Below, piece by piece: positions 1 through 11,410 of a stretch of DNA of 64,000 nucleotides; position 1 is the stretch's first letter, and each line of letters opens with the position of its first letter. This DNA is from Chrysomallon squamiferum (lineage: Eukaryota; Animalia; Mollusca), in the NCBI GenBank assembly GCA_012295275.1, contig CM022669.1:16120001-16184000 (forward strand). Reading direction: 5' to 3'. Made by a program: the position numbers and the translations under genes. The notes beneath the pieces were generated by a model. It made no database searches and was not told the origin of the DNA. It saw only the letters and a list, made by a program, of their open reading frames with translations.

Positions 1-48
1 GTTTTTTGTTGTTGTTGTTTTTTTGTTTGTTTATTATTATTATTATTA

Positions 49-83
<35 letters not shown>

Positions 84-1930
84 TTTTTTCTTTTTTCTAA
101 TGCATCTTATTAATTATAATGACAGCTACAAAACAGGACTAGACTAGTAACATCAATTATTAATTTTGGTTATAAATTTTGATTACTAACTACCATTTCC
201 TTGTACGGTATTTTTCATACAAACGATGCAGGACATCGAGGACAAGGTATTTACATAACAGGATCGTCTTACAAAAGCTTATGTTCAGATACACATATCT
301 GAAATAATATCTGTTTACAAACTGCCGCGTGATTAACCTTGAACCAAAAACTACTGTAAGTGTATTACCGGCAGAGCTCCATTGAACACTGAACAATGAA
401 CACGAATGATGAACAATGAACATGAACGCCTCCTGTGAATTAAAAGAGAAATGGTTCCAGATATCATTAAATGAAACAAAAATAATTTGCATAGAATAAT
501 TTGTTAAAAAGGATAAATATACGAAACATTCAAATATATTTTCATCCGAATTAATCATCCACGCATGTTCATTTTAAATTTGGTATTGTATATCTGTAAT
601 ACATTCTTCTCTACACTGTAAACCTACAGTTTTGGGGAATAAATCCATCGTTAAATTCATTGTTATTGTGTAAAATCATCAACATGTTTGCTCCGGCTAA
701 ATGTAGAAAATGCAATTTTAAAATGTGTTTTTTATATTTGAAATTAACACCTATTTGAATTAATTTTCCTAACGTGTCACACATATTTGTTGTATATAAA
801 AATAAAAAAAATAAAATAAAAAAAAAAAAAAAAAAAAAAATAAATAAATAAATAAAAAAAACAAAAAAAAACAAGTATCTAATTACTTTACTATAGAGTT
901 AAATATTTAATATTATCAGTATGTGTTTCCTTTCAATTCAACGACCCTTTACTTAACACAATCACACAGGCCCCGAACGAGCTTAATCTGATCATGAAGC
1001 TTTATATCAGTTAGTAAAACCAAATAAATAAATAAATAAATAAAACAGAAAACGATAACAACAAAAACAACAAAAGCAACAACAATAATGATAACTGAAG
1101 AAATGAGTTCTTTCATTATCTGACTGGACATTAGATTTTGTTGTTGTTGTTATTATTAATATTATTATTATTATTATTATTATTGCTCTGTTGAGATTTT
1201 TAAATTTAATTTTGTAATTTTAATTAACGAATATACGATTCATCGCTCTCTGTCACAAAATATTAATTAGGTGTAATTAATTATACACGAACAACAGTCA
1301 GAGGTCTAAGATTTTCTCTCTCTGAACACCGATAGAAAAAAGTCTTCGTTATCGACAAACAGTAAGCTACAAACATGGACATAAGCTACAAACATGGACA
1401 TATTCAATTCTACAGTCCAGTTAAAGAGTCTACTTCTTGTTAGGTGTACAGATTCGTTTATAGCAAGGTCCATTTTAATTAATTTCCTGATCTCTAGAAC
1501 AAAATCTTCAAATGAAGAGATAGCAGACATTTGCAGAGAATTCAATAAAAACTATGCTGAAAATGAATAACTGAATAACGGAATAAAATGGTGCAAAACA
1601 GTGAAACATTATTTTACTGTTTAAACTCATTTGATTTTTATTCATCCAAATGGAATGTAAAATAAATAAATAAATAATAAACAGATAAATATTCTAAATC
1701 AGTTATTCTTTATAAACACGCAGTTAGTTCATTTGTTTTAAAAAAAAAAATAAAATAAAATAAAAATAAATAAAAAATAAAACAAACAAATAAAAAAATC
1801 ACTTATTCTTATTTATTTGTTAGTTCGTAAATTTAAAAATAACAACAAAAAAAACGTACTAAGAAAATATTAAAAATAAAAAACAAACAAATAAAAATAT
1901 CAGAATTAATATTTCATAATCATATGAATA

Positions 1931-1983
<53 letters not shown>

Positions 1984-2016
1984 GTTTTTTTATTTATTTA
2001 TTTATTTATTTATTTA

Positions 2017-2061
<45 letters not shown>

Positions 2062-2357
2062 GTTACTATTATTATTATTATTTTATTTTATTTTATTTAT
2101 TTATTTATTTATTTATTTATTTTTTTGTAAAGAAAAAAGATAACGAACTGGTTTGTTTTCTCAAATTTGGTAAATCAGTTTTAAACATTTTAAGATTTGA
2201 CTGAACAAGTAGTATATGCTCGTCGTAATAGTTCTTAACTAACAAATGGCATGAGACTAAAATGTTGGTTTTAATGCATGTTACAGTATGAAAAACTGAA
2301 TAATTTGCCAGGAAACACACACAGATACACACACACATACTTATTATTATAATTATA

Positions 2358-2446
<89 letters not shown>

Positions 2447-2505
2447 CATTATTATTATTATTATATATTTTGTTTTTTCGGATTCACAATTTCATTATAA
2501 TGATA

Positions 2506-3628
2506 TTAAACCAAATCCTTTGCAGGGTAGCATGTATTACGATGCCACCAGTCATAAACATTATGATAAACTTTGGTTTGTTTAGAAAGCTCCCACAGTT
2601 TGTGGCACAGTTTACATATGCCAACAGAATTCTTTTTAGGCTTGTAATAATTTTTCCACTCAAGATATTCTACGTAGGCTGTGACATTTCTGTCTAAATA
2701 AAGAAGATACTCAGCAAGTTGTTTAGGACTCTTGAAATCGGCAACATTGATGTAAGACTTTGGAGGCAAAATTTGACTATAATTTGCTCCACCTCTGACT
2801 ACGACCACAATGTCTAATTGCATATAGCCGAATGCTTTTTCTGTTATATAGTCATCACATAGACTATTTTCAAACGATAAGTAAAACTTGTAATCCCTAC
2901 TAAGTATTGAATTGCACTTCTTTTGCTCGTTCCTGCCACATTTTTTGATTCCACACATACCAAATATGTCGATGGAAATATATTTTTTCAGCTGCCGTAC
3001 ATACTGTTCTCTCTTACTTGGCGTACCACAGTGACTAACAAACCATGCAACTTGCTTGGTTTTATTCTTCACGCTTGGTAAGAAGTTGAAATTTTCCTTT
3101 TTCTCCCTTTTCGTTAAAGCTCCGTAAAAATAAGTCACCTCCGAGTCTCTCCTGTATGTCATCGTCCAGTTTATTACGTTCTTCCAAGGTGCTCTATTGA
3201 AATTGAAATCTCCTGAATGATCTGGTGACTCCAGACAGAAATAAACCCAAACTTGTCCGGCCTCTTTATGAGGAGGAGAATCTTTTTCAAAACCCACAGC
3301 GTAAAATATAACAGCTTGAACATTGCTGATGTTTCTGCGTGGTTTAAGAAGTGTACAGTTGGCAGAACAGGACTTAAGTTCTTCGACTGCCATTTCGTAC
3401 CACGACCAGTTGATGCGGTTCTTTAATAAAATTAGTTTGCTCGGCTGTGAGTCCGTGTTCCGACTTATCAGCTTACTGTTATTTAAATAATTACGTGTTT
3501 CTCCATACCGTTCAGTAAAGTTCTTAAGAATTTCCCACGTTGAATGAAATTCAGTTTTCGAACAAAATATGAACAGGAGAGATGACACTATTCCAATAGA
3601 TGTAATAAGACGAAAACATCTTGTGGGT
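2506..3628 (-). CDS. Alpha-1,3-fucosyltransferase (GT10) copy A1, main coding exon (TM anchor, stem, catalytic domain)
   Basis: The ORF contains the alpha-1,3-FucT motif YKFYLSFENSLCDDYITEK, plus ESP, NWTMTYRRDS and AWFVSHC, and a hydrophobic N-terminal segment LITSIGIVSSLLFIF. The acceptor tttttcag lies at 3629-3636 (minus). The exon is 1123 nt and follows a phase-2 intron. There is no in-frame ATG before the TM segment, so an upstream exon is needed. Confidence 0.92.
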
Positions 3629-3675
3629 CTGAAAAATAAAATAAATAAAAAATAAATAAATAAATAAATAAATAA

Positions 3676-3771
<96 letters not shown>

Positions 3772-4293
3772 TCAACACTATACAAGTTATTAATTATTAT
3801 TTTTTGTAATGTTTATTCCATTATGGTATGATTAACTTTTAGCTGGAAAAATCACACTGGTATATAATAAGTGATGCTGAATTTTAGAATAAATTGCTCT
3901 CCACAAATACATTTAGTATTTTTTTCTTCTTTTTATAAATTCTTTGTCGTTACATCTGTGTATTCGATAGTTATAATATTTAAGAGGATTTTACATTATA
4001 TTTCAAAGTACTTTTGTGTTTATTTATTTATTTAGTTATCATCATCATCATCATCATTATGCTTTTATTTATTTCTTTAGTAGAATAAAATGACTTTACC
4101 TCAGCTTCTGAAATGCCATCTTGTGACTCTAATAAGCTACACAAATCGTTGCCTTTATTGTAAGCTATCCATTTACAATAAAAACATAAAACTAATTAAA
4201 AAATAAAATACAATATTCGTAAAAAAGAAAGACTTCAACAGCAGCAGCAACACAAAAAGATGACGATAACAATAATAATAATAAGAAGAAGAA

Positions 4294-4324
<31 letters not shown>

Positions 4325-4568
4325 AAAATAACATAAAATAAAATACAGAAAGAAAAACTACAAAAATTAAAGGTGCATGAAATAAAAGTAAAACAAAACA
4401 CTGTTGTATCGTAAATATCCTGGTATACCGAAAATTCTAGCCTGATTGTATAAAGTTCAGTTCTATTCAGTCGGATATTTTCAAAAGCATTGAAATAATT
4501 TTAATACATAAGAAATAAAATAAAATAAAATAGGAAAAAAGTAAGAAATGACACAGTAAATGACTTAC

Positions 4569-4625
4569 GTTAATGTTGTCTTCATTCACTCTACAGCTGT
4601 CTCATATATTCGCTGATCAGTTTGT
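4569..4625 (-). other. Candidate 57-nt upstream exon for A1; coding part 4569-4585 (ATG AAG ACA ACA TTA AC, MKTTLT)
   Basis: The minus strand reads ttgctttctcttcaaag|acaaac...gaATGAAGACAACATTAAC|gtaagt. The phase-2 donor matches the A1 acceptor and gives MKTTLTPTRCFRLITSIG. Usage is inferred. Confidence 0.45.
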
Positions 4626-5199
4626 CTTTGAAGAGAAAGCAAACGACATCGACAACTGAACAGTTAAGCGAGATTTTACAGTGGTAACTGCACACGATTA
4701 CAAGAGTGAACAATTAAACAAGACACTGAATACAAAGCTCGATATAAATTTGTCAGTTAATCAAAACAAAAGACGATCTGTATCAGTAAAATATTATTAA
4801 GTTTTACGACTAACTGAAATAAAAGACATGTATTTATGCTCTTTAAACATGGTTATGTGCAGTATGGCGTCATTCTTTTTATTATATAAGTAAATCTCAG
4901 AATAAAATATAACCAGCTGTTCAAGTTTTTATGATCGACTTCTAAGGCTTATTTTAATCTCACATTACACTCTTTATCAGTTTCGATCGGAATATTGACA
5001 AAAGTAAAAGTTATACATAACTCCCAGTTCTAGTTTCCTTCATGAGAACGTACAACTGATAATGTCAGAAGTATTTTTCAGAGTCTGAAATTGATAATAA
5101 TTAGATAAATAAATTATTTATTTCAAATGTGTTGGATTCAAAATATTTTACTGAATGTGTCTATTCCAGTTTTATTCATCGTTTTTTTAAATAAAAAAA

Positions 5200-5769
5200 A
5201 TGATAAATATTGTATAAAAAGAATAAATGAAAGAGAATGTAACGAAATAAACTGGTTTTGTACAGCGTATATATGTTGGAGATCAGACAAATTATTTTAA
5301 CGCCTTCGGCTGGAGTTACAGCCTTTATCGACACCTCCTGTTTCAGTCTGATACATATCGTTGAAGTACTACGCTCGTACTGTCTACCCAAATCGACTAC
5401 ATGCACATCTCGCTCATGTTTTTTTTAATGATTTAATGCTTTAATTCAATGGACATCATCCGCTTCTTCTTTTCAGCACTGTCCTTTGCACTCACTTTCT
5501 TACGATCTATGGTCAGAAAAAGAAATTTGGCAAAATACTGGACACAACGCAACAGAGATGCTTCCGCGGCGAAGTAACCACGAGAAGTAAACGAGTGAAC
5601 GAGTGAGACGCGTGATGCTGGTCGGATGGTGTGTTGTTCGATGCGCCAACTAGAGGCGGCGTACGTGAAGTTCGCTCGTAGCTCGGATTTCGACTCTCAA
5701 CTCAAAGCGAAAAATCGACCATGCGACTCGGAAAACTCGTAAGTTGGGGCATACGTAAGTCAAGGTGCC

Positions 5770-5773
<4 letters not shown>
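5200..5773 (-). mobile_element. Truncated Tigger/pogo-like DNA transposon (unit 1)
   Basis: The minus strand starts with TIR-like CAGTGGCACCTTGACTTACG. It encodes the CENP-B-type HTH N-terminus KKVSAKDSAEKKKRMMSIELKH...VVDLGRQYERSTSTIC, frameshifted in a T8 run near 5420. The probable start codon has decayed to ATA. The left boundary is approximate. Confidence 0.8.
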
Positions 5774-5814
<41 letters not shown>

Positions 5815-8137
5815 ATAATATCAGAAGTTATTTATTTTTTATTTTACTTGTTTTATTGTATTTTATAATTATTATTAATTTAAAACTCTGACATTATCAA
5901 CGGTACGTTTTTAGCAAGAAAACGTGAACTGGGAGTGTTGTTCATCGTTCTTTTTCTCTCTTTTTTTTTTTTTTTTTTTTTGTTGTGTCACTACCGAACC
6001 AAACTGACATAGAGTGTCAAGTGACAGTAGTGTTACAGTTAGACCTCCATCATCTAAAGGAAAGGAGCGGTTATATTTCGTTCTGGTCGTTATTGTTAGG
6101 ATAACTGTTACGATCATAAAAACGAGAGACATTGTCCCTTTTTAATCTGTATTTTTCTCTGTATTGTCAAGCAGTTATCCAGGATACCATAAACAACATA
6201 AACAACACACTTTTAATTTATAAAATAAAAAGAAATTGTAAACTATTGTTTATTATATAAAATTCCGAGGGCTAAATCGATTAAGCTTTCAATAGATTAT
6301 AAGCGAACACGACAATAGAATGTTTCTATTTTTAGGTGGTTATACACCAGAAATCACGTTTCAGCAATGCTGAAAAAAGTGAACTAGCCAAGCGCTTCAT
6401 GTTCAATAATTCAGGATGAAATTGTTATTTTATGACATTTTTCTTTTGGTGTAAATCCAATGAGAGGAAAATAAACAACAGCTGGTGACATCAACAGTTT
6501 TGATGTCACATGGTATTATTATGGGGAAGATGACTATTACTACTATTACTACTTCTGTTACTATTACTATTTTGCTCTATCATGGGACTGAGTTGAAAAA
6601 TCTTACGAAAGGTAAAGCCAACGAATATAACGAGATGGCGAAGACAACTTACATAACCAACTAGCACTTACGTCCATCCTTATGACACCGCCAAACAATA
6701 AATAGTCTAGAATGTATTACCGAATTTATTACTGTATTACCGGCATAGCTCCAAGGAGAATCATTGGGCAATTTTACTCTAACGAATAATGAATATGAAC
6801 GTCTGTCAGTTTGAATGTAATGATCCTGTATTATTAAATGCGAGAAAAAGAATGCCAGATAAATAGACGAGACATCCAAATATATTTTCATATAATATTT
6901 TGTTTAGTATTTATATGAACTAAAGTAATGTTCTATTAATAAGAACTGTATTCATTTGAGACAGTATATCCTCCAAATTAAATATCCACGCATGTGCATT
7001 TTAATTTTGTTATTATATATCTATAATATATTCTTCTCTACACTGTAAATCCACAGTTTATGGGAATAAATTCATTGTCAAATTCATCGTTATTGTGTGA
7101 ACAGTCATTTACAAATCATCAACAAATTTGCTCCGACTAAATGTTGAAACTGCAACTTTAAATTGCAATTTTTACATTTGAAATTAACACCTATTTGATT
7201 TATTTTTACTAATGTGTCAGACATATTTGTCGTATTAGCTGACTATATAGGAAATGAAAAATAAAGTAAAATAAAAAATTACTAAAATACTAATATTTAA
7301 TATTAAAAGTATGTGTTTACTTTCAATTCAGGGACTCTTTTTCTAACACATCATACAGGCCCAGAACGAGCTTAATCTGATCATGGCGCTTTATATCAGA
7401 TAGTAAAACCAAATAAATAAATGAAATTGAAATAAAAGATAACAACAATAACAACAACAACAGCAACAAAAAAAATAATAATAACTACAAAAATATTTTC
7501 TTTATTGTCTTACTGGATTTCAGATTCGAAAATGAGCGTCCGCACACATACACATTTTTTATTTTGATTATTAATGCTCTGAATTTTTTTTTTTCATTTT
7601 CTAAATTAATGATTAATCGATTCGTCTCTCTCTGTTACACAATGACACAATGTTAATTCAGTGTCATTAATTATACACAAAAATAACAGACAGTGGTCTA
7701 CGATTTTCTCATCGAGAGAAAAATTCCATCTTCGTTATGGTCAAATACAGCTTTCTGCTTGTAGACACTAAGCTGTAAATGGAGACACATTCAGTTCAAC
7801 AGTCCTGTTAAAGTCAGTAATTACTTCTTGTTATCAGTTATGTCAAGGATCATTTTATATAATTTCCAGGTTCCTGGATCAACAGCGACAAATGAAATGG
7901 ATTCAATAAATAACAGGCTGATAATGAATAACTGAATTACAAAATAACACGGTACAAAACAGTGAAACATTATTTTACTGTTTAAACAGAGCAGGTTTCT
8001 GATGGGTCCACCAATGGTCAGTCCTTTAAAATACTTTTCTCTTCTAGTCAATACCCAGTGTACAGTTTATAACACTCCAAATTAATTATTTTACTAACAA
8101 TAACAAAAAGTGTATTCACAGATTCATTATAATGATA

Positions 8138-9260
8138 TTAAACCAAATCCTTTGGAGTGTAACAGGTATTATTATGCCACCAGTCATAAACATTATGATA
8201 AACTTTGGTTTGTTTAGAAGACTCCCAGAGTTTGTGGCACAGTTTACATATGCCAACAGAATTCTTTTTAGGCTTGTAATAATTTTTCCACTCAAGATAT
8301 TCTACGTAGGCTGTGACATTTCTGTCTAAATAAAGAAGATACTCAGCAAGTTGTTTAGGACTCTTGAAGTCGCCAGCATTGATGTAAGACTTTGGAGGCA
8401 AAATTTGACTATAATTTGCTCCACCTCTGACTACGATCACAATGTCTAATTGCATATAGCCGAATGCTTTTTCAGTTATATAGTCATCACATAGACTGTT
8501 TTCAAACGATAAGTAAAACTTGTAATCCCTACTAAGTATTGAATTGCACTTCTTTTGTTCGTTCCTGCCACATTTTTTGTTTCCACACATACCAAATACA
8601 TCGATGGAAATGTATTTTTTCAGCTGCTGTACGTACTGTTCTCTCTTACTTGGCGTACCACAGTGACTAACAAACCATGCAACTTGTTTGGTTTTATTCT
8701 TCACGCTTGGTAAGAAGTTGAAATTTTCCTTTTTCTCCCTTTTCGTTAAAGCTCCGTAAAAATAAGTCACCTCCGAGTCTCTCCTGTACGTCATCGTCCA
8801 GTTTATTACGTTCTTCCAAGGTGCTCTGTTGAAATTGAAATCTGCCGAATGAGCTGGAGACTCCAGACAGAAATAAACCCAAACTTGTCCGGCTTCTTTA
8901 CGAGGAGGAGGATCTTCTCGAAAACCCACAGCGTAAAATATGACAGCTTGCACATTGCTGATGTTTCTGCGTGGTTTAAGAAGTGTACAGTTGGCAGAAC
9001 ACGACTTAAGTTCTTCGACTGCCATTTCGTACCACGACCAGTTGATGCGGTTCTATAATAAAATTAGTTAGCTTGGCTGTGAGTCCGTGTTCCTACTTAT
9101 CAGCTTACTGTTATTTAAATAATTACGTGTTTCTCCATACCGTTCAGTAAAGTTCTTAAGAATTTCCCACGTTGAATGAAATTCAGTTTTCGAACAAAAT
9201 ATGAACAGGAGAGATGACACTATTCCAATAGATGTAATAAGACGAAAACATCTTGTAGGT
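8138..9260 (-). pseudogene. FucT copy A2 with two in-frame nonsense codons in the stem; catalytic domain intact from Met at 9025
   Basis: Against A1 (AGC AAA CTA ATT TTA TTA AAG AAC), A2 reads AGC TAA CTA ATT TTA TTA TAG AAC, with stops at 9068-9070 and 9053-9055. The exon length is the same 1123 nt and the acceptor is at 9261. Confidence 0.85.
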
Positions 9261-9297
9261 CTGAAAAATAAAATAAAAATAAAAATAAATAAAAAAA

Positions 9298-9341
<44 letters not shown>

Positions 9342-9901
9342 AATTAAATAAATAAATAAATAAAATAATAATAATAATAATATTAATTCAACACTATACA
9401 AGTTATTAATTATTATTTTTTGTAATGTTTATTCCATTATGGTATGATTAACTTTTAGCTGGAAAAATCACACTGGTATATAATAAGTGATGCTGAATTT
9501 TAGAATAAATTGCTCTCCACAAATACATTTAGTATTTTTTTCTTCTTTTTATAAATTCTTTGTCGTTACATCTGTGTATTCGATAGTTATAATATTTAAG
9601 AGGATTTTACATTATATTTCAAAGTACTTTTGTGTTTATTTATTTATTTAGTTATCATCATCATCATCATCATTATGCTTTTATTTATTTCTCTAGTAGA
9701 ATAAAATGACTTTACCTCAGCTTCTGAAATGCCATCTTGTGACTCTAATAAGCTACACAAATCGTTGCCTTTATTGTAAGCTATCCATTTACAATAAAAA
9801 AATAAAACTAATTAAAAAATAAAATACAACATTCGTAAAAAAGAAAGACTTCAACAGCAGCAGCAACAAAAAAAAGATGACGATAACAATAATAATAATA
9901 A

Positions 9902-9932
<31 letters not shown>

Positions 9933-10201
9933 AAGAAGAAGAAGAAGAAGAAGAAGAAAATAACATAAAATAAAATACAGAAAGAAAAAACTACAAAAAT
10001 TAAAGGTGCATGAAATAAAAGTAAAACAAAACACTGTTGTATCGTAAATATCCTGGTATACCGAAAATTCTAGCCTGATTGTATAAAGTTCAGTTCTATT
10101 CAGTCGGATATTTTCAAAAGCATTGAAATAATTTTAATACATAAGAAATAAAATAAAATAAAATAGGAAAACAGTAAGAAATGACACAGTAAATGACTTA
10201 C

Positions 10202-10218
10202 GTTAATGTTGTCTTCAT
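10202..10218 (-). other. Candidate start-codon exon segment (MKTTLT) for A2
   Basis: Same ATGAAGACAACATTAAC|gtaagt as in unit 1. Confidence 0.4.
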
Positions 10219-10844
10219 TCACTCTACAGCTGTCTCATATATTCGCTGATCAGTTTGTCTTTGAAGAGAAAGCAAACGACATCGACAACTGAACAGTTAA
10301 GCGAGATTTTACAGTGGTAACAGCACAAAAATGACTGCACACGATTACAAGAGTGAGCAATTAAACAAGACACTGAATACAAAGCTCGATATAAATTTGT
10401 CAGTTAATCAAAACAAAAGACGATCTGTATCAGTAAAATATTATTAAGTTTTACGACTAACTGAAATAAAAGACATGTATTTATGCTCTTTAAACATGGT
10501 TATGTGCAGTATGGCGTCATTCTTTTTATTATATAAATAAATCTCAAAATAAAATATAACCAGCTGTTCACGTTTTTATGATCGACTTCTAAGGCTTATT
10601 TTAATCTCACATTACACTCTTTATCAGTTTCGATCGGAAGTGACAAAAGTAAAAGTTATACATAACTCCCAGTTCTAGTTTCCTTCATGAGAACGTACAA
10701 CTGATAATGTCAGAAGTATTTTTCAGAGTCTGAAATTGATAATAATTAGATAAATAAATTATTTATTTCAAATGTGTTGGATTCAAAATATTTTACTGAA
10801 TGTGTCTATTCCAGTTTTATTCATCGTTTTTTTAAATAAGATAA

Positions 10845-11410
10845 ATGATAAATATTGTATAAAAAGAATAAATGAAAGAGAATGTAACGAAATAAACTGG
10901 TTTTGTACAGCGTATATATGTTGGAGATCAGACAAATGATTTTAACGCCTTCGGCTGGAGTTACAGCCTTTATCGACACCTCCTGTTTCAGTCTGATACA
11001 TATCGTTGAAGTACTACGCTCGTACTGTCTACCCAAATCGACTACATGCACATCTCGCTCATGTTTTTTAATGATTTCATGCTTTAATTCAATGGACATC
11101 ATCCGCTTCTTCTTTTCAGCACTGTCCTTTGCACTCACTTTCTTACGATCTATGGTCAGAAAAAGAAATTTGGCAAAATACTGGACACAACGCAACAGAG
11201 ATGCTTCCGCGGCGAAGTAACCACGAGAAGTAAACGAGTGAACGAGTGAGACGCGTGATGCTGGTCGGATGGTGTGTTGTTCGATGCGCCAACTAGAGGC
11301 GGCGTACGTGAAGTTCGCTCATAGCTCGGATTTCGACTCTGAACTCAAAGCGAAAAATCGACCATGCGACTCGGAAAACTCGTAAGTTGGGGCATACGTA
11401 AGTCAAAGGT
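10845..11410 (-). mobile_element. Truncated Tigger/pogo-like transposon (unit 2) with the HTH frame still open
   Basis: ORF 10821-11195 contains KKVSAKDSAEKKKRMMSIELKHEIIKKHERDVHVVDLGRQYERSTSTICIRLKQEVSIKAVTPAEGVKII, typical of Tigger transposase N-termini. The TIR is eroded next to the (GT)n run. Confidence 0.82.

Noticed and set aside
2470-2697. Antisense ORFs over FucT exons (also 8132, 8849, 13781, 19431, 29410, 59239)
   Set aside because: Shadow frames of the real coding strand.
6664-6680. ATG GAC|gtaagt on the minus strand as a start exon for A1
   Set aside because: It is a phase-0 donor; joined to the A1 acceptor it reads the wrong frame and stops after ...HILFEN.
6661-6891. Recurrent 76-aa ORFs (also 7821-8051, 5911-6132 and their copies) as small conserved genes
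   Set aside because: They recur only because of the recent tandem duplication; more diverged homologs at 190-560 and 60330-60615 do not give a conserved protein.
10821-11195. Domesticated CENP-B/TIGD gene
   Set aside because: Only the first HTH is present, the probable start is mutated, there is no DDE domain, and two of three copies are frameshifted.
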